A DNA stretch of 64,000 nt from Candidatus Moanibacter sp. (GCA_965215885.1 CBDCEW010000105.1:367549-431548); one strand, 5' to 3'. Positions 11,454-22,889 are shown, counted from the stretch's first letter. Notes: generated by a model from the sequence alone, not told the origin. Numbers and translations: made by a program.

Positions 11454-12329
11454 TCAGCCTTGGTAGATCGTGAAAAGAGCTTCCGCGATGGAGGAGGGAG
11501 TTTCCGCGACTGCGATATCAGCCTTGCGTAGAGCCTTTATCTTCGCCTCCGCCGTGCCGCTTCCACCGGATACTATTGCTCCCGCATGACCCATGCGGCG
11601 TCCTGGAGGGGCGGTCATGCCCGCGATAAATGCCGCCACCGGTTTTCGCACAGATTCCTTGATGAATTGCGCGGCTTCCTCTTCAGCGGTACCGCCGATT
11701 TCACCGATCATGATAATCGCTTCGGTATCGGGATCTGCGTTGAATGCTTTTACGGCGTCAAGGTGAGTTGTCCCTACGACCGGATCCCCGCCGATACCGA
11801 TACAGGTGCTCTGCCCGTGACCACGGGAAGTGAGTTGCCAAACAGCTTCATAAGTCAGTGTACCCGAGCGAGATATGACCCCAACTTTTCCGGGTTTGTG
11901 GATATATCCGGGCATGATGCCCATTTTACATGCTCCCGGTGTAATGATACCGGGGCAGTTGGGACCGATGAGCCGGGAATTGCTTTGCCCCAACTTCGCT
12001 TTCACGGCAGTCATATCGCGGACCGGGATTCCTTCGGTTATGCAAACGATGAGTTCGATTCCCGAGTCGATCGCTTCGAGGATTGAATCAGCGGCGAAGG
12101 GAGGCGGCACAAAGATGAGTGAAGCGTTTGCCTGCTCCATGGCAACCGCATCACTGACACTGTCGAAGACGGGCACCTTGTCTTCAAACTTCTGCCCGCC
12201 TTTTCCTGGAGTGACACCGGCAACAATCGTAGGGGCGTATTCCATACATTGGTGCGCATGAAAGCCTCCCGCCTTGCCGGTAATGCCTTGGACGACGATT
12301 CTTGTTTCTCTATTTACAAAGATGCTCAT
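11454..12329 (-). CDS. sucD: Succinyl-CoA synthetase alpha subunit
   Basis: [41 protein letters not shown] (phospho-His). Confidence 0.98.
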   Translation of the reverse strand: MSIFVNRETRIVVQGITGKAGGFHAHQCMEYAPTIVAGVTPGKGGQKFEDKVPVFDSVSDAVAMEQANASLIFVPPPFAADSILEAIDSGIELIVCITEGIPVRDMTAVKAKLGQSNSRLIGPNCPGIITPGACKMGIMPGYIHKPGKVGVISRSGTLTYEAVWQLTSRGHGQSTCIGIGGDPVVGTTHLDAVKAFNADPDTEAIIMIGEIGGTAEEEAAQFIKESVRKPVAAFIAGMTAPPGRRMGHAGAIVSGGSGTAEAKIKALRKADIAVAETPSSIAEALFTIYQG

Positions 12330-12358
12330 GGGAGGGGTCCTCCTACTCCCGCTCAGCG

Positions 12359-13939
12359 CATACGCGTAAACCTTATTTTCGCAACTTAGTCAGATTCAAA
12401 GACTTGCGAGGTATTTTGCGGCGGAGTATGAGGGTGTCTCTATCCTCGAGGTTCCACTCCATTTGTTCGCCCTTTTCTATTTGCTTCGTTTCGACCACAG
12501 CGGTGAGGAAATTCGCAGTTGAGCGAGTGCATTTTGGCCGGGTTATCTTCTCTACTTTTACCGTCTACCCCATTTTTTTTCACTTTGGCAGCATTTTATA
12601 CTGTACATTCATTCATATATAGGATTTATCCTTCGGATGCAAAGTATAAAAAAAGCTGATTGTATCCGTCAAACCTTCCGTAAGTTGAACCTCACAGCCC
12701 TCGCTAAACAGAGTGGTTTTAGAGAGAGGAAATCGCGCAAGATCTCCCCTCTGAACTTTGTTTTGGCTTTGCTGGCGATGGCTTCTAAGGGGGCCTTGTC
12801 CCTTGGCAAAGAAGCCGAGCTTATTGGATTCTTAGCCAACCGCACCATTTCCAGACAAGCGGTCCAAAAGTGCGCCAAAAAAGCCACCGCTTTTATGACC
12901 TTAGTGCTCCTGAGGCTTTTAGAACTTAAAGCTTATGGGCCTGTGGGCAGAGCTGTTCCAAATTGCATGAGGAGCTTTGAACGGGTTCTCATTGCCGACA
13001 GCACCGATTGGCTTGCCTAAGGTCCCTGGCCCCCTTCTTCCCCGGAGGTCCAATCAGACAGGCTCCAAACAGGCTCAACTGAAGATTCAGGCCTATTACG
13101 ATCTGCGCAATGAATCCTTCGTTGACTTCAGCCTCAGTAGCTTCCGAAAAAACGATCAGGCTGCTTCCAAAGACATTCTGCTCTCGCTCAACCCAACGAC
13201 TTGATCCTGCGCGACTTAGGCTATTTTGTCCTCGATGTCTTTAAGCAACTCGATCAGCGCGGCTGCCTTTGTGAGTCGTTTGACCGGCACTTGCCTTTTA
13301 GCCAACGAAGGCGATGAAGAGCTCGATCTACGCAAACTTTTACGTGGCCAAAAGCTTCTCGATATGCCCGTTCGGGTGGGTAAAAAAGCCAAGCTTCCGG
13401 TTCGTCTGATCGCCGTCAAACTCCCTCAGAAGGTGGCCCATAAACGCCGCCGCGAGCATAGACAAAACCGCGACAATAGACTTCGATATACCAGCCGCAC
13501 CATTCCTTCTCGGTTTCCAAATCTTTATTACCAACCTCCATCAGAAAGACTTTAGCCCTAAGCAGATTCTGAGCTTTTACGGGCTTCGCTGGCGCATCCT
13601 TTAAGGCCTTTAAGCAACATCTTAATCCGCAGGTCAGACTACTCCCTACCAGGTTGAGCTTCTTATCTACGCCCGTCTCATCCTCATTACCCACTTACTC
13701 AACTTCGTCTATGGTCCCCTTAGACACTATTCGAATACCAGTTTGTCCTCTCCTCTGAGTATCCTTAAATTCTCCTACTGGTTTGGCTTCTTTGCTCCCT
13801 ACTTCTTCATCCTCTCTCACCTTCCCAAAGATCAGATCATCCCCCGATGGCTCAAACAAATCCCCAAACACTGCACCTATGAAAAGCGTTCTCGTCTTGA
13901 TTTCCTCTCTTGTTTCTTCTCCTTAGGTTAACGCAAATG
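12359..13939 (+). mobile_element. Decayed IS4-family-like insertion sequence
   Basis: Ends CATACGCGTAAACCT / AGGTTAACGCAAATG (imperfect IR); flanking 9-bp direct repeat cgctcagcg / cgcgcagcg; internal transposase fragments. Confidence 0.8.
12637..13931 (+). pseudogene. IS4-family DDE transposase, several frameshifts
   Basis: Fragments LAKQSGFRERKSRKI, VLIADST, LKIQ, D..LRDLGYF (across a frameshift at ~13200), PVRLIAVKLP...RRR and Y..RW lie in different frames. Confidence 0.8.
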
Positions 13940-13979
13940 CGCGCAGCGGGAGTAGGACGATGTATGAGTGTGAGAATTG

Positions 13980-15167
13980 CTAGGCATTTCTGGCGAGGGC
14001 GACGATCCTTTCGGCCGCCTCGCTTAAGCTGTCCACAGAAGTGATGGTTAATCCACTTTCGGCGAGAAGAGTCTTTCCTTGATCGACGTGTGTGCCTTCG
14101 AGACGTACAACAAGGGGAACTGAGATTTTGACTGCGTTGGCGGCCGCGATAATTCCTTTTGCAATGATATCACAGTGCATGATACCGCCGAAAATGTTTA
14201 CGAGGATGCCCTTCACTTTGGGGTCACTAAGTATGATTTCAAATGCCTTGGTGACTTGCTTTTCATCTGCACTGCCGCCGACATCCAGGAAATTTGCCGG
14301 ATTTCCGCCAAAGTGTTTTATGATATCCATAGTAGCCATGGCGAGACCCGCTCCGTTTACCAGGCAAGCGATGTTTCCATCAAGGGCGATATAGCTGAGG
14401 GAATATTTCGAGGCCTCGATTTCTTTGGGGTCTTCTTCATTGAGGTCGCGCAGCTCCACAATATCAGGGTGCCGGTAAAGCGCGTTTTCGTCGAAACTGA
14501 CCTTCGCATCGAGCGCCTCAATGTCTCCCTCTCGGGTCGTAATGAGGGGGTTGATCTCAACCATTGAGGCGTCTTTTTCGCAAAACAACCGATGGAGAGC
14601 CTGAAGGATCACAACCATTTGCTTGAAGACGCTTCCCGCAAACCCCAATCCGAAAGCTACCTTGCGAGCCTGGAAAGGTTGGAGGCCCATGACGGGGTCG
14701 ATGAAGACTTTAACGATCTTTTCCGGAGACTCTTGGGCGACTTTTTCGATTTCGACTCCGCCTTCCGTAGACGCGATAATAACAGGTTGAGAAGTGGCTC
14801 GATCGAGCAATATTGCCAGGTAGTACTCCTTTTCAATCTGGCTGACCGCGTTGAAATACACCGTCTGGACCTTCCTCCCCGACGGTCCGGTCTGGTGAGT
14901 AACGAGAGTATTCCCGAGCATGCGGCGGGCACTGGCAAGGGCTTCTCCATGGGAAGGAGCTACGACTACGCCCCCCTTAACCCCGTCCACAAAGGTCCCT
15001 TTCCCTCTACCGCCGGCGTGAATTTGGGCTTTGACGACGACCGGTCCATCGGCGAATTCCTGAAGGGCGGTTTCGAAGTCTTCTTCACTTCGGACGGCGA
15101 TTCCCTTCGGTACCGGGATACCGTAATCTTGAAAGAGCTGTTTTGCCTGATATTCGTGTATATTCAC
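13980..15167 (-). CDS. sucC: Succinyl-CoA synthetase beta subunit
   Basis: [46 protein letters not shown]. Confidence 0.98.
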   Translation of the reverse strand: MNIHEYQAKQLFQDYGIPVPKGIAVRSEEDFETALQEFADGPVVVKAQIHAGGRGKGTFVDGVKGGVVVAPSHGEALASARRMLGNTLVTHQTGPSGRKVQTVYFNAVSQIEKEYYLAILLDRATSQPVIIASTEGGVEIEKVAQESPEKIVKVFIDPVMGLQPFQARKVAFGLGFAGSVFKQMVVILQALHRLFCEKDASMVEINPLITTREGDIEALDAKVSFDENALYRHPDIVELRDLNEEDPKEIEASKYSLSYIALDGNIACLVNGAGLAMATMDIIKHFGGNPANFLDVGGSADEKQVTKAFEIILSDPKVKGILVNIFGGIMHCDIIAKGIIAAANAVKISVPLVVRLEGTHVDQGKTLLAESGLTITSVDSLSEAAERIVALARNA

Positions 15168-15168
15168 T

Positions 15169-15268
15169 CTAGGAATCTGTCGGTCTTAGCATTTCTAACT
15201 CTAGCAGCCTGTCGGAATGAAAACGAGTAATATCTTCGAAAGAGGCATAAAGTCCGACAGGCTGCTAG
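15169..15268. repeat. Partial GAATCTGTCGG element plus a complete 68-bp CTAGCAGCCTGTCGGA...TCCGACAGGCTGCTAG element
   Basis: Three CTAG sites (15169, 15201, 15265); near-identical 68-bp copy at 35479-35546; the last CTAG contains the rph stop. Confidence 0.8.
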
Positions 15269-16041
15269 GTTAAAACCTCGATATCTCCAGTTTCAGCACT
15301 TTTCGAAACGGGGGTTACGATGTTGTTCTGCATTTCGGTAATCTCCGATATTCCTTTCCGGGCGAGAGAAAGGATAGATTCGAGCTGTCTTTGAGAGAAT
15401 GTTCCCTCTTCGCCGGATCCTTGAAGTTCGACAAACTCCAGGCTACCGCTCATAACGACATTGAAATCGACGGATGCGACCTTGTCTTCGGCATAGTTGA
15501 GGTCGAGGATTTCAGTGCCGTCGCAGATCCCGACACTGACCGCGGCTATTGAGTCGAGGAATGGATTTTCTTTGAGTGCTCCTGAGCGGATCAGGTTGTC
15601 GACTGCCAATCTTGCCGCTACGTAGGCACCGGTGATAGAGACGGTGCGCGTCCCTCCGTCGGCTTGGAGGACATCGCAGTCTAACCAAAGTGTAGATGCC
15701 GGGAGTTTCCTAAGATCTGCGACGGCGCGCAACGATCTACCGATCAACCGCTGAATTTCAATTGTTCTTCCGTCAATTTTTCCGCGTGTGCTGTCACGGG
15801 CCTTCCTATACAGTGTGCTGTATGGCAGCATCGAGTATTCCGCTGTAATCCATCCTCCATTGACGCCTTGCTGAGTCATCCACCTGGGAACCCTCTTTTC
15901 AAAGGTGACGGCGCAGATCACCCTTGTATTTCCAAAGCTCGCGAGTACTGCTCCGGCGGCGTAGGGGGCGATACCGGTCTCGAATTTAACATTGCGGAGT
16001 TCGCCGGTCTTGCGGCAATCAAGTCGTTGAAACTCGCTCAT
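15265..16041 (-). CDS. rph: Ribonuclease PH
   Basis: GWITAEYSMLP, GRTIEIQRLIGRSLRA, DCDVLQADGGTRT, LDLNYAED. Confidence 0.96.
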   Translation of the reverse strand: MSEFQRLDCRKTGELRNVKFETGIAPYAAGAVLASFGNTRVICAVTFEKRVPRWMTQQGVNGGWITAEYSMLPYSTLYRKARDSTRGKIDGRTIEIQRLIGRSLRAVADLRKLPASTLWLDCDVLQADGGTRTVSITGAYVAARLAVDNLIRSGALKENPFLDSIAAVSVGICDGTEILDLNYAEDKVASVDFNVVMSGSLEFVELQGSGEEGTFSQRQLESILSLARKGISEITEMQNNIVTPVSKSAETGDIEVLT

Positions 16042-18149
16042 GTATAGTTGGAAGCTGTAATGGCCTGTTGCAGATCTTCGGCATCATTGGTGCCGGCGGG
16101 AGGAAGTTCCCTATTCTTTTCGGGAGGTGGATCTGTCCATTTCCCTTCGTTCACAATTAGTTTGATCAGCTCGTCAACCGCTTTCGCCTCCGGGATATGA
16201 TAATCCACACAATTTTTCCCAACATAAAGATTCACTTTTCCCGGAGCGCCTCCCACATATCCGAAATCGGCGTCCGCCATCTCTCCCGGGCCGTTAACGA
16301 TACAACCCATCACCGCGATGGTGACCCCTTTTAGGTGATTTGTCCTCTCCCTGATTTGCTGAGTTGTCGACTGCAAGTCGAAGAGTGTCCTTCCACAACT
16401 GGGGCAGGCGACGTATTCGGTTTTAGTGATACGAGCACGAGAACCTTGCAATATGTTGTATGCGAGAGCGGTGGCGCGATCCAGGGCCGGTTCTGTTTCA
16501 ACACTGACGAGGTCTCCGATACCGTCGCATATCAGACTTCCGGTCAATGTACCCGCCTCGAGCAGGCGATTTCCAAAATAATCCTTATAGTCGATGGAAT
16601 TGAGGCGGGTATTCCTTATCCAGATGGGCGCGTCGAATTGCTCTTTATTCAGAATTTGTGCGAGTTGGCGATAAGTTCCCAAGGGGTGGGTATGCTGGAA
16701 TGGCTCTGAGCAGGTAAAGAGGAAGTTGACAGATTTCAGCCGCCTAATTACCGGGGCGAGTGTCCGTAATGCTTCCAATTCGCAATCGAGCGCCAGAACA
16801 AGCCCCTTCTCTTCGGCAAGAGAAGCGAACCGGGCGAGTTCATCGGCTTCGTTGGCGGCGAATTTGCGTAAGATAACCCAACCATTCTCGCATTCCCAGT
16901 CAAATTGGCGCAGAACCTCTGCATCGATTCCGCTGTTCAGATTCAATACGAAAAACCTTATGGACTTGCTCAGCGCCCTTACGAGGGCGGCCAATTCCGG
17001 CAGGGAATCGCAATCGTGGAGATCGACCATTAATCCTTCAATTCTCGATTCCCGCAGGCGTGTATGCGTGCGACGGACTTCCCCGATAATGGCTTCACGC
17101 TCTTTAAGAGGATGCCCTGTTTGAACAATAACGCGAGGAGGTTCTCTTGATGAGATTGCACAATCTGGTCCCAGCACTACCTCATCAATTGATCTCCGGT
17201 CGAAACTGAAAGGGTCCAGGTCATCATGTTCGTATGGGGAAATGGTAATTTCCTCGTGTAATTGCCAGAGCTTCATGGCTTTATCGGCCAGTTCTTCCGC
17301 TACGGGGATCTCATTTACCGAATCTTCAGTCAGAGAGACACGGATGGTGTCTCCCAATCCGTCAAAAAGGAGACTGCCAATCCCAATGGTACTTTTTATG
17401 CGCGCATCATCGCCGTCACCCGCTTCCGTTACGCCGAGGTGTAATGGATAGTCCATCCCCTCACTTTCCATCCTCGAGACGGCCAATCGGTAAGCCTGAA
17501 TCATGACCTTCGGATTGGAGGCTTTCATGGAAAGGATGATATCTCTGAAGCCGTGAGATTCGGCGATGCGAATGAACTCGAGAGCGCATTCGACCATACC
17601 GAGAGGGGTGTCCCCGTACCGATTCATGATTCTATCTGAGAGTGATCCGTGGTTTGTGCCTATGCGCATGGATCTTCCCAGCTTCTTGCACCGTTTCACG
17701 ATGGGAGAAAATGCCTCGTAGAGCCGATCCAGTTCGGCATTGTATTGATCATCCGAGTACTCTCGGATATCGAACCGCTTTCGATCCGCATAGTTTCCCG
17801 GGTTGATGCGGACCTTTTCGACATGATTCGCTGCTTCCATGGCGACATTCGGGAGAAAATGGATATCGGCGACCAGCGGGACTTCTATTTTGGCCTCTCG
17901 CACCCTGGCGCTTATATCGTGCAAAGCCTTGGCTGCGGTAATATTTTGCGCCGTGATGCGGACGATTTCACAACCGGCTTCAACGAGAGCGAAGGTCTGC
18001 TTGACAGTGGCATCGATATCCTGGGTAGGAGTAGTGGTCATGGACTGGATGCGGATGGGATTGGAACCACCCACACCGACGTTTCCTACCATGACCTCTC
18101 TAGTCTGGCGTCGCTTGGCAATGTAGCGGGATTGGCAATATGGAGACAT
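16038..18149 (-). CDS. ispG: HMB-PP synthase IspG, long three-domain form
   Basis: PIRIQSMTTT, VADIHF, RINPGN, RIGTNHGSLSDRI, HLGVTEAG, CPSCGRT, IAVMGCIVNGPGE. Confidence 0.97.
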   Translation of the reverse strand: MSPYCQSRYIAKRRQTREVMVGNVGVGGSNPIRIQSMTTTPTQDIDATVKQTFALVEAGCEIVRITAQNITAAKALHDISARVREAKIEVPLVADIHFLPNVAMEAANHVEKVRINPGNYADRKRFDIREYSDDQYNAELDRLYEAFSPIVKRCKKLGRSMRIGTNHGSLSDRIMNRYGDTPLGMVECALEFIRIAESHGFRDIILSMKASNPKVMIQAYRLAVSRMESEGMDYPLHLGVTEAGDGDDARIKSTIGIGSLLFDGLGDTIRVSLTEDSVNEIPVAEELADKAMKLWQLHEEITISPYEHDDLDPFSFDRRSIDEVVLGPDCAISSREPPRVIVQTGHPLKEREAIIGEVRRTHTRLRESRIEGLMVDLHDCDSLPELAALVRALSKSIRFFVLNLNSGIDAEVLRQFDWECENGWVILRKFAANEADELARFASLAEEKGLVLALDCELEALRTLAPVIRRLKSVNFLFTCSEPFQHTHPLGTYRQLAQILNKEQFDAPIWIRNTRLNSIDYKDYFGNRLLEAGTLTGSLICDGIGDLVSVETEPALDRATALAYNILQGSRARITKTEYVACPSCGRTLFDLQSTTQQIRERTNHLKGVTIAVMGCIVNGPGEMADADFGYVGGAPGKVNLYVGKNCVDYHIPEAKAVDELIKLIVNEGKWTDPPPEKNRELPPAGTNDAEDLQQAITASNYT

Positions 18150-18150
18150 G

Positions 18151-19974
18151 TCACTCCTCGGTCGAAGGGCTCGAGTGGAAAACCGGTTGGATATAGAGCG
18201 CCTTTTGCAGTTCGTATTGCTTATCGGTTTGGGTGTCGCCCTGCCAACGCCTGACGTCGAAAAAGCTTACGTATATCATAAGGGAGAAGAGCAGGATCAT
18301 GAATACACCCTGTGTGGCGGCAATGAGGTTCGGAGGTAGGGCTTTCCCTCTCAGTTTGGCCAGCGTAGCGAAAGCTATGTGTCCTCCGTCGAGGACGGGT
18401 ATAGGCAGGAGGTTGATAATCGCGAGATTGATATTAAGGAGGCAAATAAACCAGAGGACGTGGCGAATGTCGATTTTGGAAAGCTGGTTGATTACGCGAA
18501 TTATTCCAGGTGGGCCGCTCAGATGGCGAATGCTGATATCGGACTTCGTACTGATCAGGCTTCCGAGAACCTGAAACGTGGTTGAGACAATTCCACGAAA
18601 CTGTCGCAGGGGGTCGAGATGTACGACCATTTGCCGGCTTCGAAATTCCGCCCCGATCATCGGCCTCTCTAGAGAGGGGGTCAAATATGCTTTGGCAGTT
18701 CCCAGGATCGGCACAATCTCCGACTCTCCATCGCTCGTCACGGAGATGCTTAGAGTGCCGTTCGGTTGATCATTAATCGCCGAAATCCAATTCTGCAGCG
18801 AGGTCACGGGTAAACCGTTTACACTTTCAAGGGTATCCCCCATATCGAGCCCTCCGAAAACGAAACCGGTAGGATCTTTCAATCCGTGGATGGTCAGAGT
18901 GGAAGTCGAACTGAAATCGGCCGGATCTTCTCCCGAATCGGAATTATATATCGGCTGGACGGTAAGTTCCGCTTCACGATTCTGATCTCTGATTTCAAGT
19001 TTGCCGAGCGGTTTCGTAAACGCCACCGTTTGAGCTGAAAGTTCGAAGTCCAGAACTTGAGAATCGCGCCGAATGTTCAATGTAAAGGGCTCGGGACCAA
19101 CTTTCCCCAGAAAATCGATCAGACTGGCAAGTGAATAGAGTTTTTCGCCATCAACCGCGAGTACGGTATCATCAACCCTCAAGCCGGCGTTTTCAGCGGG
19201 GGAGTGCTCTTCGACACTCCTTACAATAAGAGAATGGGAGGGACGGATCCCCACCAGTCTGATGCGTTCACCGGAAACGGGATTGATTTCGGTGAGGCGT
19301 GGAAATACTTCGATTTCGACTATATTGTCATCGCGCTCAATCGTAAAGACAGCACTTGGATTTCCTTCCGCATCTCTACCCGATCCGGTAATCAATGTAT
19401 GTGTTAATTCGGGAAAGTTAGAGACCTTTCTGCCGTCGATCTTCAAAATTTTGTCTCCGGGTTTCAGGCCGGCGGCGTAGGCCGGAGCCTCCACTTCCGT
19501 CTCCCCATCGATTGTCAGAGTCTTACTTACGTAGCCTATGACTGTTGTTTGCGCCTCTTCGCTGGACGGCTGGCCAAAGGCCCAAAGGATGCAAGCGATG
19601 AAGAAGGCGAATAGAACGTTAAATACGGCTCCCATAACCGCTACAATTACTTTATCGCGGTAGCTAATGGGGGGGAGCGGCTCCTCCTCGGAAGCTTCCT
19701 GCCCTCCTTCGATTGCGCCCATATCCGCTAGCTGAGGAAGCGCTACGTAGCCGCCGAAAGGAATGGCGGATAATCGATAATCGACTCCATCTCTCTTCCA
19801 GGAGAGGATCTTCGGCCCAAAACCAATGGAAAATCGCTCGATCTTAAGTCCTCTTTTCCTGGCGGCCAGGAAATGTCCTAATTCGTGGACAAAGATGGAA
19901 CCACCAAAGAGGACAATGATAAGAAATATCGACCAGGTGTTGGAAAAGAGAATGTTAATCAGTTGAGGATCCAT
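18151..19974 (-). CDS. rseP: RIP metalloprotease RseP with several PDZ domains
   Basis: HELGH, FSIGFGP, NLLPIPVLDGGH; position after dxr. Confidence 0.93.
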   Translation of the reverse strand: MDPQLINILFSNTWSIFLIIVLFGGSIFVHELGHFLAARKRGLKIERFSIGFGPKILSWKRDGVDYRLSAIPFGGYVALPQLADMGAIEGGQEASEEEPLPPISYRDKVIVAVMGAVFNVLFAFFIACILWAFGQPSSEEAQTTVIGYVSKTLTIDGETEVEAPAYAAGLKPGDKILKIDGRKVSNFPELTHTLITGSGRDAEGNPSAVFTIERDDNIVEIEVFPRLTEINPVSGERIRLVGIRPSHSLIVRSVEEHSPAENAGLRVDDTVLAVDGEKLYSLASLIDFLGKVGPEPFTLNIRRDSQVLDFELSAQTVAFTKPLGKLEIRDQNREAELTVQPIYNSDSGEDPADFSSTSTLTIHGLKDPTGFVFGGLDMGDTLESVNGLPVTSLQNWISAINDQPNGTLSISVTSDGESEIVPILGTAKAYLTPSLERPMIGAEFRSRQMVVHLDPLRQFRGIVSTTFQVLGSLISTKSDISIRHLSGPPGIIRVINQLSKIDIRHVLWFICLLNINLAIINLLPIPVLDGGHIAFATLAKLRGKALPPNLIAATQGVFMILLFSLMIYVSFFDVRRWQGDTQTDKQYELQKALYIQPVFHSSPSTEE

Positions 19975-21133
19975 GAGACGGGATGGTACTCTCCGCGATT
20001 TCCCGCGCGGAAGAATCTGCTTCCATTATGAAATCTAGGGACGGCGGATCAACGTTTGAAATTTTGGAGAGTGTCTCCGCAATAACCGCACTGATTGCCG
20101 GATAACCGATACGAAAGTCCAAGAAAGCAGAAACGGCAACTTCATTAGCAGCATTAAATGTGGTTGGCGCAATACCGCCCGCTTCGAGGGCCTCGCGCGC
20201 GAGCCGAAGACAAGGGAACCGTTCCATTGAGGGTGGTTCAAATTCCAGCTTCCAGTATTCAGCAAAATCCAACGATTCTTCAACACCCGTTGTGCGATGT
20301 GGATACATGAGCGCATTCTGAATGGCGAAGGTCATGGATGGAGGGGACAATTGAGCGAGGATAGAACCGTCAACATACTCGACCATTGAATGTATAATGC
20401 TCTGAGGGTGAACCACGACGTCGATCTGATCCGACTCAAGCCCGAAGAGCCATCTCGCTTCAATGAGTTCCAATCCCTTATTGGCCATGGTGGAAGAATC
20501 AACCGTGATTTTTGTGCCCATCGACCAGTTCGGGTGCCGAACCGCATCCTTGGGCTTCACATTGTTCATTTGTTCTCTGGTGTATTCGCGAAAGGGTCCG
20601 CCTGATGCCGTAAGGATGATACGTTTGACCTCATTCCTTTCTCCGCCTTGCAGGCACTGAAAAATGGCATTGTGTTCACTATCTACAGGTAGGATACTGA
20701 CTCCATTCTCCTGCGCCGCCGCGGTGACGAATTTTCCGGCCATGACGAGGACTTCCTTGCTGGCCAGAGCGATATCCTTGCCCGAGCGGATTGCGGCAAG
20801 GCTTGGTTCCAGACCGGTGGTTCCGACAATGCCGATCACTACGATGTCGGCATCAGGCATCGATGCTAATTTCGTCAGGCCATCCAATCCCGGCAATGGT
20901 TCAACGCCACTTCCCAGGCAACCCGAAGCTTTCGCCTTTTGGCAGGCTGACTCGTCGAATATGGCGACATTTCCGAGGTCAAATTCCCGGGCGATTTTTC
21001 CGAGTTTTTCATAGCGTGAATTTCCCGCGATGCCGACCAGTTCAAGGTGGTCGGAATTCGCCCTGATCACCTTCAGAGTATTCTCACCTATAGAGCCGGT
21101 AGCTCCTAACAGAACGATTCGCTTACGCTTCAT
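19955..21133 (-). CDS. dxr: 1-deoxy-D-xylulose 5-phosphate reductoisomerase
   Basis: LGATGSIG, PVDSEHNAIFQ, LTASGGPF, HPNWSMG.KITVDS, NAANEVAV. Confidence 0.97.
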   Translation of the reverse strand: MKRKRIVLLGATGSIGENTLKVIRANSDHLELVGIAGNSRYEKLGKIAREFDLGNVAIFDESACQKAKASGCLGSGVEPLPGLDGLTKLASMPDADIVVIGIVGTTGLEPSLAAIRSGKDIALASKEVLVMAGKFVTAAAQENGVSILPVDSEHNAIFQCLQGGERNEVKRIILTASGGPFREYTREQMNNVKPKDAVRHPNWSMGTKITVDSSTMANKGLELIEARWLFGLESDQIDVVVHPQSIIHSMVEYVDGSILAQLSPPSMTFAIQNALMYPHRTTGVEESLDFAEYWKLEFEPPSMERFPCLRLAREALEAGGIAPTTFNAANEVAVSAFLDFRIGYPAISAVIAETLSKISNVDPPSLDFIMEADSSAREIAESTIPSHGSSTD

Positions 21134-21139
21134 GGCGCG

Positions 21140-21955
21140 TTAATCAATAACGATATATTTGAGAATCAGGTAGCCTAGAGGGCTGCAGAAAAGAATGCTG
21201 TCGACAAGATCCAGAGCGCCCCCGATACCGGGGATCAGTCTGGCCGAGTCCTTTTGCCCGGATAGACGTTTTATGATCGATTCGACCAGATCGGAGAGAA
21301 TGGCGACAGCGGAGAGGGGAATGACGGCAACAACCGCTTTCCATAGATTGAACGATGGCGGCAAATAGAGCCGAAAGGCCCAGACAAAGAGAGCAGTTAC
21401 GACGGCCGCCAGGAGTAGGCCGCCGATGGCCCCTTCCCAAGTCTTATGGGGACTCACCGCGCTGGCAAGTTTGTGTCGGCCGATCATGGAACCGACCAGA
21501 AGACCTCCGACATCCGTAAACTTTGCTGCCACGATTATCCACACTGCAAGGAGTACTCCAGCTTGTTCGGAAACGGGAAGGTGGTGGAGGGTCAGAATGA
21601 GAAATTTCAGAAGGAATGGCACATAGAGGATGCCGAAGAGGGTAGCTATTGCTCGAGAAAAGGCATTAAGCTTATTCCCTGCCGCCAAAACCATACCGCA
21701 GGAGAGGAGGATTGCGAGAAATAATATCGGGACTTCGGGTGTATAGTAGGCGGAAATAACGACCAGGACTCCGATAAACAGGCCTGTTCTTCGATTTGAG
21801 GGGTGACCGAATCTATGGAGAAGCGAGTAAAGTTCGTTCTGTGAGAATAACGTGAGTAATACGACCAAAATTAGTCCGGCCAAACGGCCAAAGAGCACTA
21901 ACGATAGGATGATGATAGCCCAGAGGCCTGTCGTGCTTAAGAATCGTTGAATCAC
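21140..21955 (-). CDS. cdsA: Phosphatidate cytidylyltransferase
   Basis: SPHKTWEG, DLVESIIKR...KDS..IPGIGGALD.VDS. Confidence 0.92.
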   Translation of the reverse strand: MIQRFLSTTGLWAIIILSLVLFGRLAGLILVVLLTLFSQNELYSLLHRFGHPSNRRTGLFIGVLVVISAYYTPEVPILFLAILLSCGMVLAAGNKLNAFSRAIATLFGILYVPFLLKFLILTLHHLPVSEQAGVLLAVWIIVAAKFTDVGGLLVGSMIGRHKLASAVSPHKTWEGAIGGLLLAAVVTALFVWAFRLYLPPSFNLWKAVVAVIPLSAVAILSDLVESIIKRLSGQKDSARLIPGIGGALDLVDSILFCSPLGYLILKYIVID

Positions 21956-22743
21956 CGATTGAGGATAGGCTCAGAGTGAGGCCGCCTGACCTGTTCCCCT
22001 GTTTTCCCGAAGCGGCGTTCCCTCTGCTTATAACACTCGATCGCGTCGTAAAAATCCTCGGGTCCGAATTCCGGCCAGAATTTCGGAGTGAAATAAAACT
22101 CGGAATAGGCTCCCTGAAGGAGGAGGAAATTACTCAGTCTCGATTCACCCGATGTCCGTATGATCAGGTCTGGATCCGGAATGTCATGAGTGTAGAGAAA
22201 GCGACTGAATTCTTTCCAGTCCAGCGTATCAGGATCTACTCTACCTTCAATCCGAGCTCTGGCGTAGGCCTTGACAGCATCGACGATTTCGGTGCGGGCT
22301 CCATAATTCAAAGCGAGCACAAAAGTCCAGTTATTGTAATGGGCAGTTGCCTGAACTGTTTCCTGAAGTATACGTTGGACTCTTCCCGGCAGTTCTCCAA
22401 TCCGTCCGATGACCTTTAGACGGATGTTATTCTTATGCAGCTCTTCCACCTGGCTGGCCAAAAAATGTTCGAGCAGCTCCATGAGCAGACCGACCTCTTC
22501 CTCGGGGCGATTCCAATTTTCGACCGAGAAAGCGTAGACCGTGAGGTAATGAATTCCGGATTCTCCCGCGCAGCGAACAATTCTCCTCACATTTTCCACA
22601 CCTTGTCTGTGACCTTCGTTTCGTGGTAGACCACGCTTCAGCGCCCACCGTCCATTTCCATCCATAATGATGGCGACATGAGTGGGCGTCTTTCCAGAAG
22701 CAAGATTTTCGTCTTCTTTCACAGTTACATCTTTACCTGACAT
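21952..22743 (-). CDS. uppS: Undecaprenyl diphosphate synthase (isoprenyl transferase)
   Basis: HVAIIMDGNGRWA, YAFSVENW.RP, DPDLIIRTSGESRLSNFLL, RERRFG. Confidence 0.96.
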   Translation of the reverse strand: MSGKDVTVKEDENLASGKTPTHVAIIMDGNGRWALKRGLPRNEGHRQGVENVRRIVRCAGESGIHYLTVYAFSVENWNRPEEEVGLLMELLEHFLASQVEELHKNNIRLKVIGRIGELPGRVQRILQETVQATAHYNNWTFVLALNYGARTEIVDAVKAYARARIEGRVDPDTLDWKEFSRFLYTHDIPDPDLIIRTSGESRLSNFLLLQGAYSEFYFTPKFWPEFGPEDFYDAIECYKQRERRFGKTGEQVRRPHSEPILNR

Positions 22744-22784
22744 AAGTATTGAAAAAATCTAAAAAGGCAAAATCAAAAGCTAGG

Positions 22785-22889
22785 CTAGGAATCTGTCGGA
22801 CTTCGCTTTGCGATATTGCGGTGCGCTGGATCTATCCGGGTCACAGCATTCGTGGTTCGCGGTCGATTCCATCACCGACATCTTCCTAA
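22785..22889. repeat. Degenerate CTAG-GAATCTGTCGGA miniature element
   Basis: ctaggaatctgtcggact left end; degenerate right end ccgacatcttcctaa. Confidence 0.55.

Noticed and set aside
15201..15268. Hammerhead ribozyme in the 68-bp element
   Set aside because: It has GAAA but lacks the CUGAnGA core and a three-stem junction
16038..18149. Unusually long IspG as a novelty
   Set aside because: The three-domain form with a central insert is already known from Chlamydiae, Bacteroidetes and plants
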